Assembly (NCBI GenBank): GCA_038245295.1
Contig: JBBRSP010000001.1
Span: 392,632 to 456,631 of the forward strand
Source of the DNA: Candidatus Binatia bacterium
GTDB taxonomy: Bacteria; Desulfobacterota; Binatia; HRBIN30
Length of the DNA: 64,000 nucleotides
Reading direction: 5' to 3'
Part shown: positions 30,545 to 40,215 of the stretch, one piece after another
Position numbering within the stretch: position 1 is the stretch's first letter
How the letters are laid out: each line of letters opens with the position of its first letter
Notes under the pieces: model-generated
The model's database searches: none
The model's input: the letters and a program-made list of their open reading frames with translations, nothing else
Told to the model about the DNA's origin: nothing
Translations under genes and position numbers: made by a program

Positions 30545-31363
30545 ATGAGCAGCCCGCCGGATCTTTCAACCACCTTCGAGGTTCCCGAAGACTGCGTCCG
30601 TGAGTATCGCAACAAGGGGCACACCGTCGTGCGCGGTCTTGCCACTCCAGATGAAGTCGCGGCGTTCCATCCGGCGATCGTCGCCACCGGACCAAAGGGG
30701 CGCTACGACATGCGGCCGCTCCAGGAGCGGGATACATACGGCAAAGCCTTCATCCAGATGGTGAACCTCTGGGTCCACGACGAACGAGTCAAAGCCTTCG
30801 TGTGGGCGCGGCGATTTGCCCAGGTGGCCGCCGACCTCATAGGCGTCGACGCGGTGCGCCTCTATCACGATCAAGCGCTGTTCAAGGAACCTCGGGGCGG
30901 GTTGACGCCGTGGCACCAGGATCAGTTCTACTGGCCACTCGATACGCTGCACACGATTACCATGTGGATGCCGCTGGTTCCTGTGAGTGCCGCAATGGGT
31001 CCGATGCATTTCGCTTCCGGCTCACAGCGTCTGGGCAATTTGGGTGACTTCCCCATCGGTGACACCTCGCAAGAAAAGTTTGGCGAGCTCGTGGCGCGGC
31101 ATCAATTGCCGATCACGAGCCATGAGCCATTCGCGCCGGGCGACGCGACGTTTCACAGCGGCTGGACCTTGCACGGCGCGGCGGGTAACCGGACGAATCG
31201 AATGCGTGATGTCATGACGATCATCTACTACGCCGACGGCGCGCGCATCGGCGACCTCGATGACATACACCGGCGCTTCGATCGCGATGTCTGGCTCAGC
31301 GGGTGTGAACCCGGTGAGCTGGCGGCCGGGCCGTTGAACCCCGTGCTCTACCAGCGCGACTGA
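30545..31363 (+). CDS. Phytanoyl-CoA dioxygenase (PhyH) family 2OG-Fe(II) oxygenase
   Basis: PWHQD (HxD), distal LHGA and conserved Arg. Confidence 0.9.
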   Translation: MSSPPDLSTTFEVPEDCVREYRNKGHTVVRGLATPDEVAAFHPAIVATGPKGRYDMRPLQERDTYGKAFIQMVNLWVHDERVKAFVWARRFAQVAADLIGVDAVRLYHDQALFKEPRGGLTPWHQDQFYWPLDTLHTITMWMPLVPVSAAMGPMHFASGSQRLGNLGDFPIGDTSQEKFGELVARHQLPITSHEPFAPGDATFHSGWTLHGAAGNRTNRMRDVMTIIYYADGARIGDLDDIHRRFDRDVWLSGCEPGELAAGPLNPVLYQRD

Positions 31364-31487
31364 GTTTTACCGCAGAGACACCGAGGCGCAGAGAGAACGG
31401 ACAGCCGTATACTGGGTAATAATCAAGACCCGAGGACCAAAGGCTGGATAAAAAGTGGCCAAGTCCATTGCGGATGTGGGAGCGTGT

Positions 31488-32294
31488 ATGACCGATTCTG
31501 AATTCCAAAGACGTTACGGCTCCTGGGCCGTGGTCGCCGGCGCTTCGATGGGAATGGGTGCGGAGTATTCGCGCCAGTTGGCGGCGAAGGGGCTCAATGT
31601 CCTGATGCTCGCCGAAGCGGCCGAGCCGCTGATGGAAGTCGCGGCGGAGATTGCCCGCACCCATAGGGTCGAGACACGCACGGCGGTGGTCGATCTTTCG
31701 GTCGCCAACCTCGTCGACATCGTCAGCGCCGAAGCCGCCGGACTCGACGTCGGCATGTTCGTGTACAACGCGGCGCATTCGGTGGTCGGCCGCTTCCTGA
31801 ACGTGCCGATTGCCGAGCGGCTGAAGATGATCGACGTCAATGTCCGCGGCGTGTTGTTGCTGTGCGACTACTTCGCGCGGCGCTTCGTCGAACGCGGGCG
31901 CGGCGGCTTGATCGTCATGTCGTCAATGTCGGGCTTTCAGGGCCAGGCGATGGTCGGCACCTATGCGGCGACGAAAGCCTTCGATCTCGTGCTGGCGGAG
32001 TCGCTGTGGGATGAATTGAAAGGAACCGGAGTCGATGTGCTCGCCTTCTGTCCCGGAGCGACGCGCACGCCGGCGTACCTGGCGACCCAACCAAAGCAGG
32101 GCGGGGTGCTGTCGCCGCCGACGATGAGCCCGGCGGCGACCGTCGCCGAGGCGATCGCGGCGATCGGCAAGGGCCCGACGGCTATCGCGGGACGCAATAA
32201 CCGCATCTCGGCGTTCATCCTCAGTCACCTCATTCCACGCCGGGCGCGCATCACGCTGATGAGCCGTGCGACGCGCGGGATGTACGATGGGTGA
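31488..32294 (+). CDS. Short-chain dehydrogenase/reductase (SDR)
   Basis: GASMGMG, YNA, catalytic YAATK. Confidence 0.92.
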   Translation: MTDSEFQRRYGSWAVVAGASMGMGAEYSRQLAAKGLNVLMLAEAAEPLMEVAAEIARTHRVETRTAVVDLSVANLVDIVSAEAAGLDVGMFVYNAAHSVVGRFLNVPIAERLKMIDVNVRGVLLLCDYFARRFVERGRGGLIVMSSMSGFQGQAMVGTYAATKAFDLVLAESLWDELKGTGVDVLAFCPGATRTPAYLATQPKQGGVLSPPTMSPAATVAEAIAAIGKGPTAIAGRNNRISAFILSHLIPRRARITLMSRATRGMYDG

Positions 32295-32825
32295 CGGCAC
32301 AGGGTTCATTCCGGTGGGGCCGTCACAGGCTCGGGCATAGGCTGAGGCTCAGGCATGGCGGTGTGGTGCGTAGCTTCCAGGTTATTGTGCCAGTGGGGGT
32401 GGACTCACATGTACTGGCGCACGGCGCGGGACGGGTTTGGCCACAGATGAATGGGATGAACACAGATAGCTTGCCAACAACCAAGGGGCGCAACGCAGGC
32501 CGCAGGCAGCAGGCCTGCATCTGTGTTTATCTGTGTCCATCCGTGGCAAAAAACCGCACGGTGGTTTCAAGTTTCACAAATCATTGCGCGTCGCGACAAT
32601 TTCGCACGCCAGTAATACGAAGAAAGGGTGCTGGCGCCGGTTTCTTCTCGTGGCTCGGCTCTTCGTGGCCTTCGGCAGCATCGCGCCCAACCTTTCGGGG
32701 CCGAATCTTGACAGCCGCCTTTACCGCATGGTCATGTGGCGATCGTGAGGGGCAAGCTGTGAACAAACATTCGGGCATGAATGAGATGGGTGACGGCACA
32801 GACTTCATTCGGGTGGGGCCGCCAC
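32286..32825. repeat. 41-bp direct repeat pair (32286-32326, 32785-32825), each a hairpin
   Basis: GATGGGTGACGGCACAGggTTCATTCcGGTGGGGCCGtCAC; 37/41 identical. Confidence 0.85.
32440..32547. repeat. Inverted repeat built of CACAGAT units
   Basis: GCCACAGATGAATGGGATGAACACAGAT ... ATCTGTGTTTATCTGTGTCCATCCGTGGC. Confidence 0.8.
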
Positions 32826-33269
32826 CGTGCCATCGGAACGCACGGTTATGAGACGCAGGCCGCTGGCGTTTCCGGTTTACCCGGATCACCGCCGTCGCGT
32901 ACTCCTCGCCGTCGCAATTCCATCGCGATTTCAATGGTCTTCTCATCGGTGACCTGCCGGAAAGGCAAAAAACGTTGAGTTTGTGTGCGTAGGTGGAGTC
33001 ATCCAGGTCGCTGATCGGGGCTCTACGGGCTTCCTGGTGCGCCTGGCGCGGGGGCGACGCTTTGCGAAATGCGTGTTTTTGCGACCGCCTTGCCCAGGGT
33101 GGCTTATTATCAGTACTAGGCCGAGATTCTCACCACGGAGGCAGCGAGACGCGGAGATCCCAAGATGGCGATTGACGACGTTGAGCGTGTGCCTGGCTAT
33201 CGATGCAGCTCGCTCCGCTCTTCTCCGGGCCGTCGTGTCTCCTTTGAAAAGGGCCGGCTGCGGTCCGCT

Positions 33270-33410
33270 CCCTCTCCCAGCTCAACTGGATTGCCAGCAT
33301 CTGGGAGAGGGTTGGGGTGAGGGTCTGGTCTGCGGGTACAGCCCGGCATCGGCGGACCCTCAGCCCGACCCTCTCCCGCCAGCGACGTGTTCCCCCGATG
33401 CGGGAGAGGG
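33270..33410. repeat. CCCTCTCCC/GGGAGAGGG palindromic repeat element, copy 2
   Basis: Same architecture as 22194-22341. Confidence 0.85.
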
Positions 33411-33560
33411 GGCGCTTGCTTTTCACCCGACATGGGCGCCCCCAGCTCATGACCACTCTGTGGAGTCTTTTGGTTGCGAGCATCCGTGGAGATCGGAGCG
33501 CGGCACGCCGCATAGCCGTTTTGCAATGACCCCGCTCGCTGCTAGACACCGCCACGTCTC

Positions 33561-36110
33561 ATGGCACGAAGTTCTGCTGCAGTGGAGTTGGTCGAACGGC
33601 GAGTGGACAGTGCGCCGCGCAGTGATCGGCTGCGGGCAAGCGGCAAGTTCATTTTCCGGGGCGACGAAAAGATCTTCCTACGCGGAGTGACCTACGGGCC
33701 GTTCGCGCCCGGGCCGGACGGAACGCAATTCCCCACGCCCGAGGTAGCGCGCCGCGACTTTACTCTGATGGTGGAGATGGGTGCCAACTGCTTCCGCACC
33801 TTCACTCCACCGCCGGTCTGGCTGCTCGACCTGGCTGCCGAGTTCGACCTCGGCGCCCTGGTTGGTTTGCCGTGGACCGAACATGTCTGCTTCCTCGACG
33901 ACGAAAAAGTTACCGCCGACATCCGCCGCCAGATCGCTACGGCGATCGAGCCGCTCAAGGATCACCGCTCCGTCTACGCGTTTTTCATCGGCAACGAGAT
34001 CCCGCCCGACATCGTACGCTGGCATCGTCAGGATCGCGTCAAAGCCTTCCTGAAAGAGCTCTACACGATGGTGAAGGGCATCGCTCCCGGAGCGTTGGTC
34101 AGTTACGCCAACTTCCCGTCCACCGAGTACCTCGATCTCGACTTCCTCGATTTCATTTCGTTCAACGTTTACCTGCACCGCGAGAACGACTTCCGGCGTT
34201 ACCTGTCGCGCCTGCAGAACCTGGCCGAATCCAAGCCTCTGGTGCTGACCGAGTTCGGTATCGACTCGATGCGCGAAGGCGTTGAGCACCAGTCCGAAAT
34301 CCTCGCGTGGCAGGTGCGCGCCGCATTCGAAGGCGGCGTTGCCGGTACGTGTGTGTTTGCCTGGACCGATGATTGGTTCACCGGCGGTTTTCAAGTCGAA
34401 GACTGGGCCTTCGGTCTGGTCGACAGCGAACGCAACAAGAAGCCGGCCTTCGACGCCGTGCAACGGCTCTACGGCAACCAGCTGCCGCCGATGATGCCGA
34501 ATCCGCCGCGCATCTCGGTCGTCATCTGCGCCTACAACGCCGAACGCACGATGGATGCCTGCCTGGCGTCGCTGCGCGAGCTGCAATATCCAAACTACGA
34601 AGTCATCGTCGTCAACGACGGCTCCACCGATCGCACACTCGAAATCTCCGAGCGTTATCCGGAGTTCCGCCTCTTCAGTCAGGAGAACAAGGGTCTCAGT
34701 GTGGCGCGCAACGTCGGCATGGAGAAAGCCGACGGCGAGATTGTCGCCTATACGGACTCCGACTGTGTCGTCGATCCGGATTGGCTGACCTACCTAGCGT
34801 ATGTGTTCGTGCACAAAGGATTCGTTGCCGTCGGCGGTCCGAACCTGCCGCCGCCGGAAGATTCGGCCGTCGCTGCCTATGTCGCGGCGGCGCCGGGCGG
34901 ACCGACACACGTCCTGGTCGATGACGAGGTTGCCGAACACATCCCGGGTTGCAACATGGCCTTTACCAAGAAAGCCCTGTTGGAAATCGCCGGCTTCGAT
35001 CCGCTGCACCGCGCCGCCGGCGACGACGTCGACTTGTGCTGGCGCTTGCAGAATCAGGGCTATCCGATCGGCTTCAGCCCGGCGGCTCAGGTCTGGCACT
35101 TCCGTCGCAACACCATCAAAGCCTACCTCAAGCAGCAGATGGGTTACGGCCAGGCCGAAGCGCAGCTCTATTTCAAACACCCGTTCCGCTTCAACATGCT
35201 GGGGCAGTCACAGTGGATCGGCCGCATCTATGGCGACATCGGTATGTCGTTGTTCTCGGGGCGACCAGTGATCTACCACGGCGTCTTCGGGCGCGGTCTT
35301 TTTCAGACGATGTACGAGCCGTCTTCGTCGCTGCTCTCGTATGTGCCGTTTACGCTCGAATGGAATGCCGTTGCTTTGATCGTCCTGATCGGCGCCTTTG
35401 TCGCCGGGCGCTACGAGTTCATTGCAAGCTTGCCACTGCTGACGTCGATCATCTGGGCGGCGGCACGCGCCTGGCGCGCCAACGTCGAGCCACGTTACGA
35501 CAGCATTGGCGGCCGTCTTCTGATCACGGTGCTGATCTATCTCGGACCGTTGGTGCGCAGTCTGCAGCGCTATATCTATCGCTTGCAAGGACACACCGAT
35601 GTCGCCCGCATCCAGTTCGACGAAGTGTCGCAGCCGGCGCGCGTCCATTGGTTGCGTCGCGAGTTGTTCGTTTCCTACTGGAACGAGACCTCTCTCGAGA
35701 AGGAAAACCTCCTGCACGCCGTGATGGAATTTCTCGTACCGCGCAAATACCTGATCTCGATCGATCAGGGCTGGAATGATTGCGACATCACCGTGCAACG
35801 CGGCATCTGGGCCAAAGGTGATCTGAAGGTTGCGGTGGAGCACCACGGCGGCACCAAGCGGTTGTTCCGCACGCGAGTTCGGGTGCGTGAGTCGCTGCTG
35901 TCGCGCGTCGTGCTGCTGTCGCTTGCTACGTTGTTCGTGCTCGGTGTCGTCGGTGGTCTGGCGGAGATCGCCGAAGTGTCGGCGCTGCTCGGCGTCATCA
36001 CCATCGGTGTCATCGCCGGCGAGCACATTCGGCTCGGTCGCACGGTGTACCATGTGCTGGAGATCGTCGGTAAACAGATCGGCTTGGCGCCGCTGAGCTC
36101 GCGCGACTGA
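33561..36110 (+). CDS. Fusion of clan-A glycoside hydrolase TIM barrel, GT2 glycosyltransferase and membrane domain
   Basis: GNE (acid/base) and LTEFG (nucleophile); GT2 VVICAYN, VNDGSTD, DSD, GDDVDL, KQQMGYG; C-terminal TMs. Confidence 0.88.
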   Translation: MARSSAAVELVERRVDSAPRSDRLRASGKFIFRGDEKIFLRGVTYGPFAPGPDGTQFPTPEVARRDFTLMVEMGANCFRTFTPPPVWLLDLAAEFDLGALVGLPWTEHVCFLDDEKVTADIRRQIATAIEPLKDHRSVYAFFIGNEIPPDIVRWHRQDRVKAFLKELYTMVKGIAPGALVSYANFPSTEYLDLDFLDFISFNVYLHRENDFRRYLSRLQNLAESKPLVLTEFGIDSMREGVEHQSEILAWQVRAAFEGGVAGTCVFAWTDDWFTGGFQVEDWAFGLVDSERNKKPAFDAVQRLYGNQLPPMMPNPPRISVVICAYNAERTMDACLASLRELQYPNYEVIVVNDGSTDRTLEISERYPEFRLFSQENKGLSVARNVGMEKADGEIVAYTDSDCVVDPDWLTYLAYVFVHKGFVAVGGPNLPPPEDSAVAAYVAAAPGGPTHVLVDDEVAEHIPGCNMAFTKKALLEIAGFDPLHRAAGDDVDLCWRLQNQGYPIGFSPAAQVWHFRRNTIKAYLKQQMGYGQAEAQLYFKHPFRFNMLGQSQWIGRIYGDIGMSLFSGRPVIYHGVFGRGLFQTMYEPSSSLLSYVPFTLEWNAVALIVLIGAFVAGRYEFIASLPLLTSIIWAAARAWRANVEPRYDSIGGRLLITVLIYLGPLVRSLQRYIYRLQGHTDVARIQFDEVSQPARVHWLRRELFVSYWNETSLEKENLLHAVMEFLVPRKYLISIDQGWNDCDITVQRGIWAKGDLKVAVEHHGGTKRLFRTRVRVRESLLSRVVLLSLATLFVLGVVGGLAEIAEVSALLGVITIGVIAGEHIRLGRTVYHVLEIVGKQIGLAPLSSRD

Positions 36111-36118
36111 GCGAACCC

Positions 36119-37888
36119 ATGTCTTTGCTGCGCCACGTCGTCCGTGCCCTGCAGCCTTACCGCGCCGCCTTCTCCGTGTCGGTCGGCCAGGTTGTTCTCA
36201 TCAGTATTCTCGAGTTGGCCAAACCCTGGCCCCTGAAGATCGTCATCGATTACGTCCTGCCGAAGAAGCCGGCGCCCTGGGCATTTTTGAGCACGCAAAC
36301 ACCGGCGCAGCTGCTGATGATTGCGACCATCGGTCTCGTCGTCGTTTACGGCCTACTCGGGGCGATTGCCGTATGGAACAACTTCACGACCATCTCGATC
36401 GGTCAGGGAATGGTCAACGATCTGCGCAGTCGCGTCTACCAGCACCTGCAACGCTTATCGCTGTCGTTCCACACGCGCGCCGCCGTCGGCGACCTGATCT
36501 ATCGCGTCACCGGCGATACCTACGCTATCCAGACTCTAGCGATGAACGGGATCTTTCCGGTGATCGCCGCTTTGCTGCTGCTCGGCGGCATGTTCGGCAT
36601 CATGTTGCGCCTCGATTGGCGCCTGACCCTGGTGGCGATGTCCGTTTGCCCCGTCCTGATAATCGCCATCGTGGCGCTCAATAAGCGCATCTCCGCCGTC
36701 GCTCTGACGGCGCGCGAGAGCGAAAGCGCCGTCTATCAGGTCGTCCAACGCGGCATGTCGGCGATCAAAGTCGTGCAGGCGTTTTCCAAAGAAGAAGAAG
36801 AGTTGCGCGAGTTCGAAGCGACGAGCCGCGCCAGCCTGCGCAGCAACCTCAAGCTCTACACACTGCAGACAGCCTTCGGCGCCGGCACCAACGTCGTTCT
36901 GGCTTTCGGTACCGCCGGTGTGTTGTGGCTCGGAGCCAACGAGGTGTGGGGCGGGGCGCTCAGCGTTGGCGACATGGTGGTGTTTCTGTCGTACCTGGCA
37001 TCGCTGTATGCACCGATCAATTCGATCATCCAGACCTACGGCACGGTGCAAGGTGGTAAGGCCGGCTTCGGGCGCGTCCTGGAGCTGTTAGGCACCGAGC
37101 AGACGGTGGCGGACGGCACCGAGGACTGGCCGGGCGTGGTGCGTGGTCATGTCGAGTTTCGCAACGTCGCTTTCGGCTATGCTGCCGGGCGCGAGACGCT
37201 GCACGGCGTGAATGTCGAAGCCAAGCCGGGCGAGGTGATTGCCATCGTCGGTCCGACCGGTGCCGGCAAGAGCACCCTGGTCAGCCTCATTCCGCGCTTC
37301 TACGATGCCACCGCCGGTGAAGTCCTCATCGACGGGATCAACGTGCGCCGTCTGAAGCTGGCGGCGCTGCGCCGGCAGGTGAGCATGGTGCTGCAGCCAC
37401 CGATGGTGTTTCCGATGACGGTGTTCGAGAACATCGGATACGGGCGCTCGCAGGCGACGTGGGCCGAAGTCGAGCATGCCGCCAAGGCGGCCCAGGCCGA
37501 CGCCTTCATCCGGCGCTTGCCGCAGGGGTACGACACGGTCATCGGCGAACAGGGCGCCACGTTGTCGGAGGGCGAACGACAGCGGCTTACCATCGCGCGC
37601 GCGTTGCTGCGCGACGCGCCGATTCTCATCCTCGACGAGCCCACGTCGTCGGTCGACAACACCACCGAGGCGGCGATCATGGAGGCCGTCGAGCAGGTGA
37701 TGCACAATCGCACCACCTTCGTCATCGCGCACCGGCTCAGCACCGTGCGCCGCGCCGATCTGATCCTGGTCGTCAAGGACGGTACGATTTTCGAGCGCGG
37801 CACCTTCGACGAGTTGATGGCACTGGGCGGCTTCTTTCATCAACTCTATGCGACGCCGGGCCGCGATGCGGTGGCGCCGAAGGTGTAG
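36119..37888 (+). CDS. ABC exporter, fused permease + ATPase (MsbA/NdvA-like)
   Basis: TM domain, GPTGAGKST, LSEGERQR, ILILDE, IAHRLST. Confidence 0.95.
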   Translation: MSLLRHVVRALQPYRAAFSVSVGQVVLISILELAKPWPLKIVIDYVLPKKPAPWAFLSTQTPAQLLMIATIGLVVVYGLLGAIAVWNNFTTISIGQGMVNDLRSRVYQHLQRLSLSFHTRAAVGDLIYRVTGDTYAIQTLAMNGIFPVIAALLLLGGMFGIMLRLDWRLTLVAMSVCPVLIIAIVALNKRISAVALTARESESAVYQVVQRGMSAIKVVQAFSKEEEELREFEATSRASLRSNLKLYTLQTAFGAGTNVVLAFGTAGVLWLGANEVWGGALSVGDMVVFLSYLASLYAPINSIIQTYGTVQGGKAGFGRVLELLGTEQTVADGTEDWPGVVRGHVEFRNVAFGYAAGRETLHGVNVEAKPGEVIAIVGPTGAGKSTLVSLIPRFYDATAGEVLIDGINVRRLKLAALRRQVSMVLQPPMVFPMTVFENIGYGRSQATWAEVEHAAKAAQADAFIRRLPQGYDTVIGEQGATLSEGERQRLTIARALLRDAPILILDEPTSSVDNTTEAAIMEAVEQVMHNRTTFVIAHRLSTVRRADLILVVKDGTIFERGTFDELMALGGFFHQLYATPGRDAVAPKV

Positions 37889-37890
37889 CG

Positions 37891-39060
37891 GTGCGCATCG
37901 TCGTCACCGGCTTGATCGCCACCTATCCACTGGGCGGCGTCGCGTGGGACTATGAAGCCTATGTCAGCGGCTTCCGCCGCCTCGGCCATGATGTTTTCTA
38001 TCTCGAGGACACCGGACAGTGGCTCTACGATCCGCGCATCGGCTCGTTCACCGATGACGCCGGGTTTCAAAGCGCCTACTTGGCCGAGACCCTCAGCCGT
38101 GCCGGTGCCGAAATGCGCGAGCGCTGGGCGCTGCGTGGGCCCGACGGGGTGTACCACGGACGCACGCTCGCCGAAGTCGAGCGCATCTGCAGTCAGGCCG
38201 ACCTGTTTCTGAATGTTTCCGGCTCCTGTTGGTTGCGCGACGAGTATCGCGGCGCCAAGCGGCTCGCCTATCTTGATAGCGACCCGTGCTACAGCCAGGC
38301 CAAGCTATCGGCTGCCCTGAACGGCACGGCGAGCAAGGACCAGCTGTTCTCGGTCGACCTGATTCACGCGCACAACTGTTTCTTCACCTTCGCCGAGAAC
38401 ATCGGCGCCGCCTCGTGTCGTGTCCCCGCCTGCGGCATCGAGTGGCATCCGACGCGGCAACCGATCGTCCTCGAGGACTGGCCCTACCACTTCGACGCCC
38501 AGGCGAAGGCCTATACAACGGTCATGTCGTGGAAGGTCGACACGACGCTGCCGACCATCGACGGCGTTGAATACGGCGGCAAAGACGTCGAGTTCACCAA
38601 GTTCATCGACCTGCCGTCGCGCACCCCGGTGACTCTCGAGATGGCGATCTCCGGCAAGGCGCCGCGCGAGTCTCTCGCCGAAAAGGGTTGGCAGGTTGCC
38701 GACGCCTATGAGCGGTCGTCGACCATGGACATCTACCGCGACTATTTGCGCCACTCGCGCGCCGAGTGGAGCATCGCGAAGAATGCCTACGTCGCGTCGC
38801 GCAGCGGCTGGTTCAGCACGCGTAGCGCCGCGTATCTGGCCCTCGGCAAGCCTGTCGTTGTGCAGGACACCGGTTTCCGGCCCTACTACGAAGTGGGCGA
38901 AGGCATCTTGCCGTTCAGCAATGTTGACGAGGCGGTCGCGGCCATCGCGGCGGTCGAGAGCAACTATCAGCGCCACTGCGAAGCGGCACGCGCCGCGGCC
39001 GAGCGCGAGTTCGGCGTCGAGCGCGTGCTCGGCCAGCTGTTGCGGGACGCAGGGCTGTAG
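37891..39060 (+). CDS. Putative GT-B-fold glycosyltransferase, paralog 1
   Basis: YPLGGVAW...GHDVFYLED; SRAEWSIAK..SGWFSTRSAAYLALGKPVVVQDTGF; GTG start just after ABC stop. Confidence 0.7.
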   Translation: MRIVVTGLIATYPLGGVAWDYEAYVSGFRRLGHDVFYLEDTGQWLYDPRIGSFTDDAGFQSAYLAETLSRAGAEMRERWALRGPDGVYHGRTLAEVERICSQADLFLNVSGSCWLRDEYRGAKRLAYLDSDPCYSQAKLSAALNGTASKDQLFSVDLIHAHNCFFTFAENIGAASCRVPACGIEWHPTRQPIVLEDWPYHFDAQAKAYTTVMSWKVDTTLPTIDGVEYGGKDVEFTKFIDLPSRTPVTLEMAISGKAPRESLAEKGWQVADAYERSSTMDIYRDYLRHSRAEWSIAKNAYVASRSGWFSTRSAAYLALGKPVVVQDTGFRPYYEVGEGILPFSNVDEAVAAIAAVESNYQRHCEAARAAAEREFGVERVLGQLLRDAGL

Positions 39061-40215
39061 ATGGCGCAACGCATTCTGGTGGCGGGTGCCCTGGCCGTGC
39101 ACCCGATTGGCGGGTCCGGGAACACCTGGGCCTTCCTGCAGTACCTTCTGGGCTTCCGCAGGCTTGGCTGCGAAGTCATCTATGTCGAGCACATCGACGG
39201 CAAGAACTGCATCGGCGACGACTGGCAGCCGTCGTCGTTTGCCGATTCGGCCAATGTGCGACACTTCCGAGCGACGATGGAGCGCTGGGGTTTTCTCGAG
39301 TCGTCGTCGTTCTTCGAGTTGGACGGTACGGGATCCTGCGGCTTGACGCGCTCCGAAGTTCTAGCCTTGGCCGGCGACGCCGATCTGCTGATCAACATGT
39401 CGGGACGTTTTCACGCCAAGGAAATTCTCACCGCCGCGCGGCGCCGCCTCTATCTCGATCTCGATCCGGGTTACGTGCAGATCTGGCAGGAGAAATACGG
39501 CGTCGACATGAATCTGCGCGGGCATGACGTCTACGCGACGGTCGGGTTGAACCTCGGCGCCGCCGACTGTCCGATGCCGACCTGTGGTGTTCACTGGGAG
39601 CACACGCTGCCGCCGGTTGTGCTCGACGAGTGGCGGGATTCCGGTGTCGCCGGCCGCCATTACACGACGGTGGCCGATTGGCGCGGCTATGGGCCGGTCG
39701 AATGGGACGGCGTCTGGTACGGCCAGAAGGCCGACGAGTTTCGCAAGATCATGACGTTGCCGCGTCAGGTGGTGGCGCCGCTCGAGATCTGTCTGGCCAT
39801 TCATCCGGACGAGCCCGATCGCCGGGCCCTGGTCGAGAACGGTTGGATTCTGAGCGATCCGCTGCACCATTCGGCAACCACCGACACGTACCGCGCGTTT
39901 ATCTCCGGATCGCGTGGAGAGTTCACCGTCGTGAAGAACGGCTATGCGGCCGGCAAAACCGGCTGGGTCAGCGATCGCAGCGTTTGTTATCTGGCCGCCG
40001 GCCGCCCGGTGATCGTGCAAGACACGGGCATCGGCCGCTACCTGCCGACCGGCAGCGGCCTGTTGACGTTCACGGATGTCAGCAGCGCCGCGGCGGCGAT
40101 CGATGCGGTAGAGGCCGACTACGAGCGCCACGCCGCCGCGGCAAGGGCGTTCGCGGCGGCGTACCTCGATTCCGACATCGTGTTGAGCCGCTTGCTCGAG
40201 GTCAGCGGTCTGTGA
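39061..40215 (+). CDS. Putative GT-B-fold glycosyltransferase, paralog 2
   Basis: SRGEFTVVK..GWVSDRSVCYLAAGRPVIVQDTG shared with neighbours. Confidence 0.7.
   Translation: MAQRILVAGALAVHPIGGSGNTWAFLQYLLGFRRLGCEVIYVEHIDGKNCIGDDWQPSSFADSANVRHFRATMERWGFLESSSFFELDGTGSCGLTRSEVLALAGDADLLINMSGRFHAKEILTAARRRLYLDLDPGYVQIWQEKYGVDMNLRGHDVYATVGLNLGAADCPMPTCGVHWEHTLPPVVLDEWRDSGVAGRHYTTVADWRGYGPVEWDGVWYGQKADEFRKIMTLPRQVVAPLEICLAIHPDEPDRRALVENGWILSDPLHHSATTDTYRAFISGSRGEFTVVKNGYAAGKTGWVSDRSVCYLAAGRPVIVQDTGIGRYLPTGSGLLTFTDVSSAAAAIDAVEADYERHAAAARAFAAAYLDSDIVLSRLLEVSGL

Noticed and set aside
32295..33560. ORF-track ORFs or a riboswitch in the long intergenic region
   Set aside because: ORFs are translations of repeats; no riboswitch consensus recognised; a ~40-codon minus-strand frame near 32846-32970 lacks a clear start or RBS
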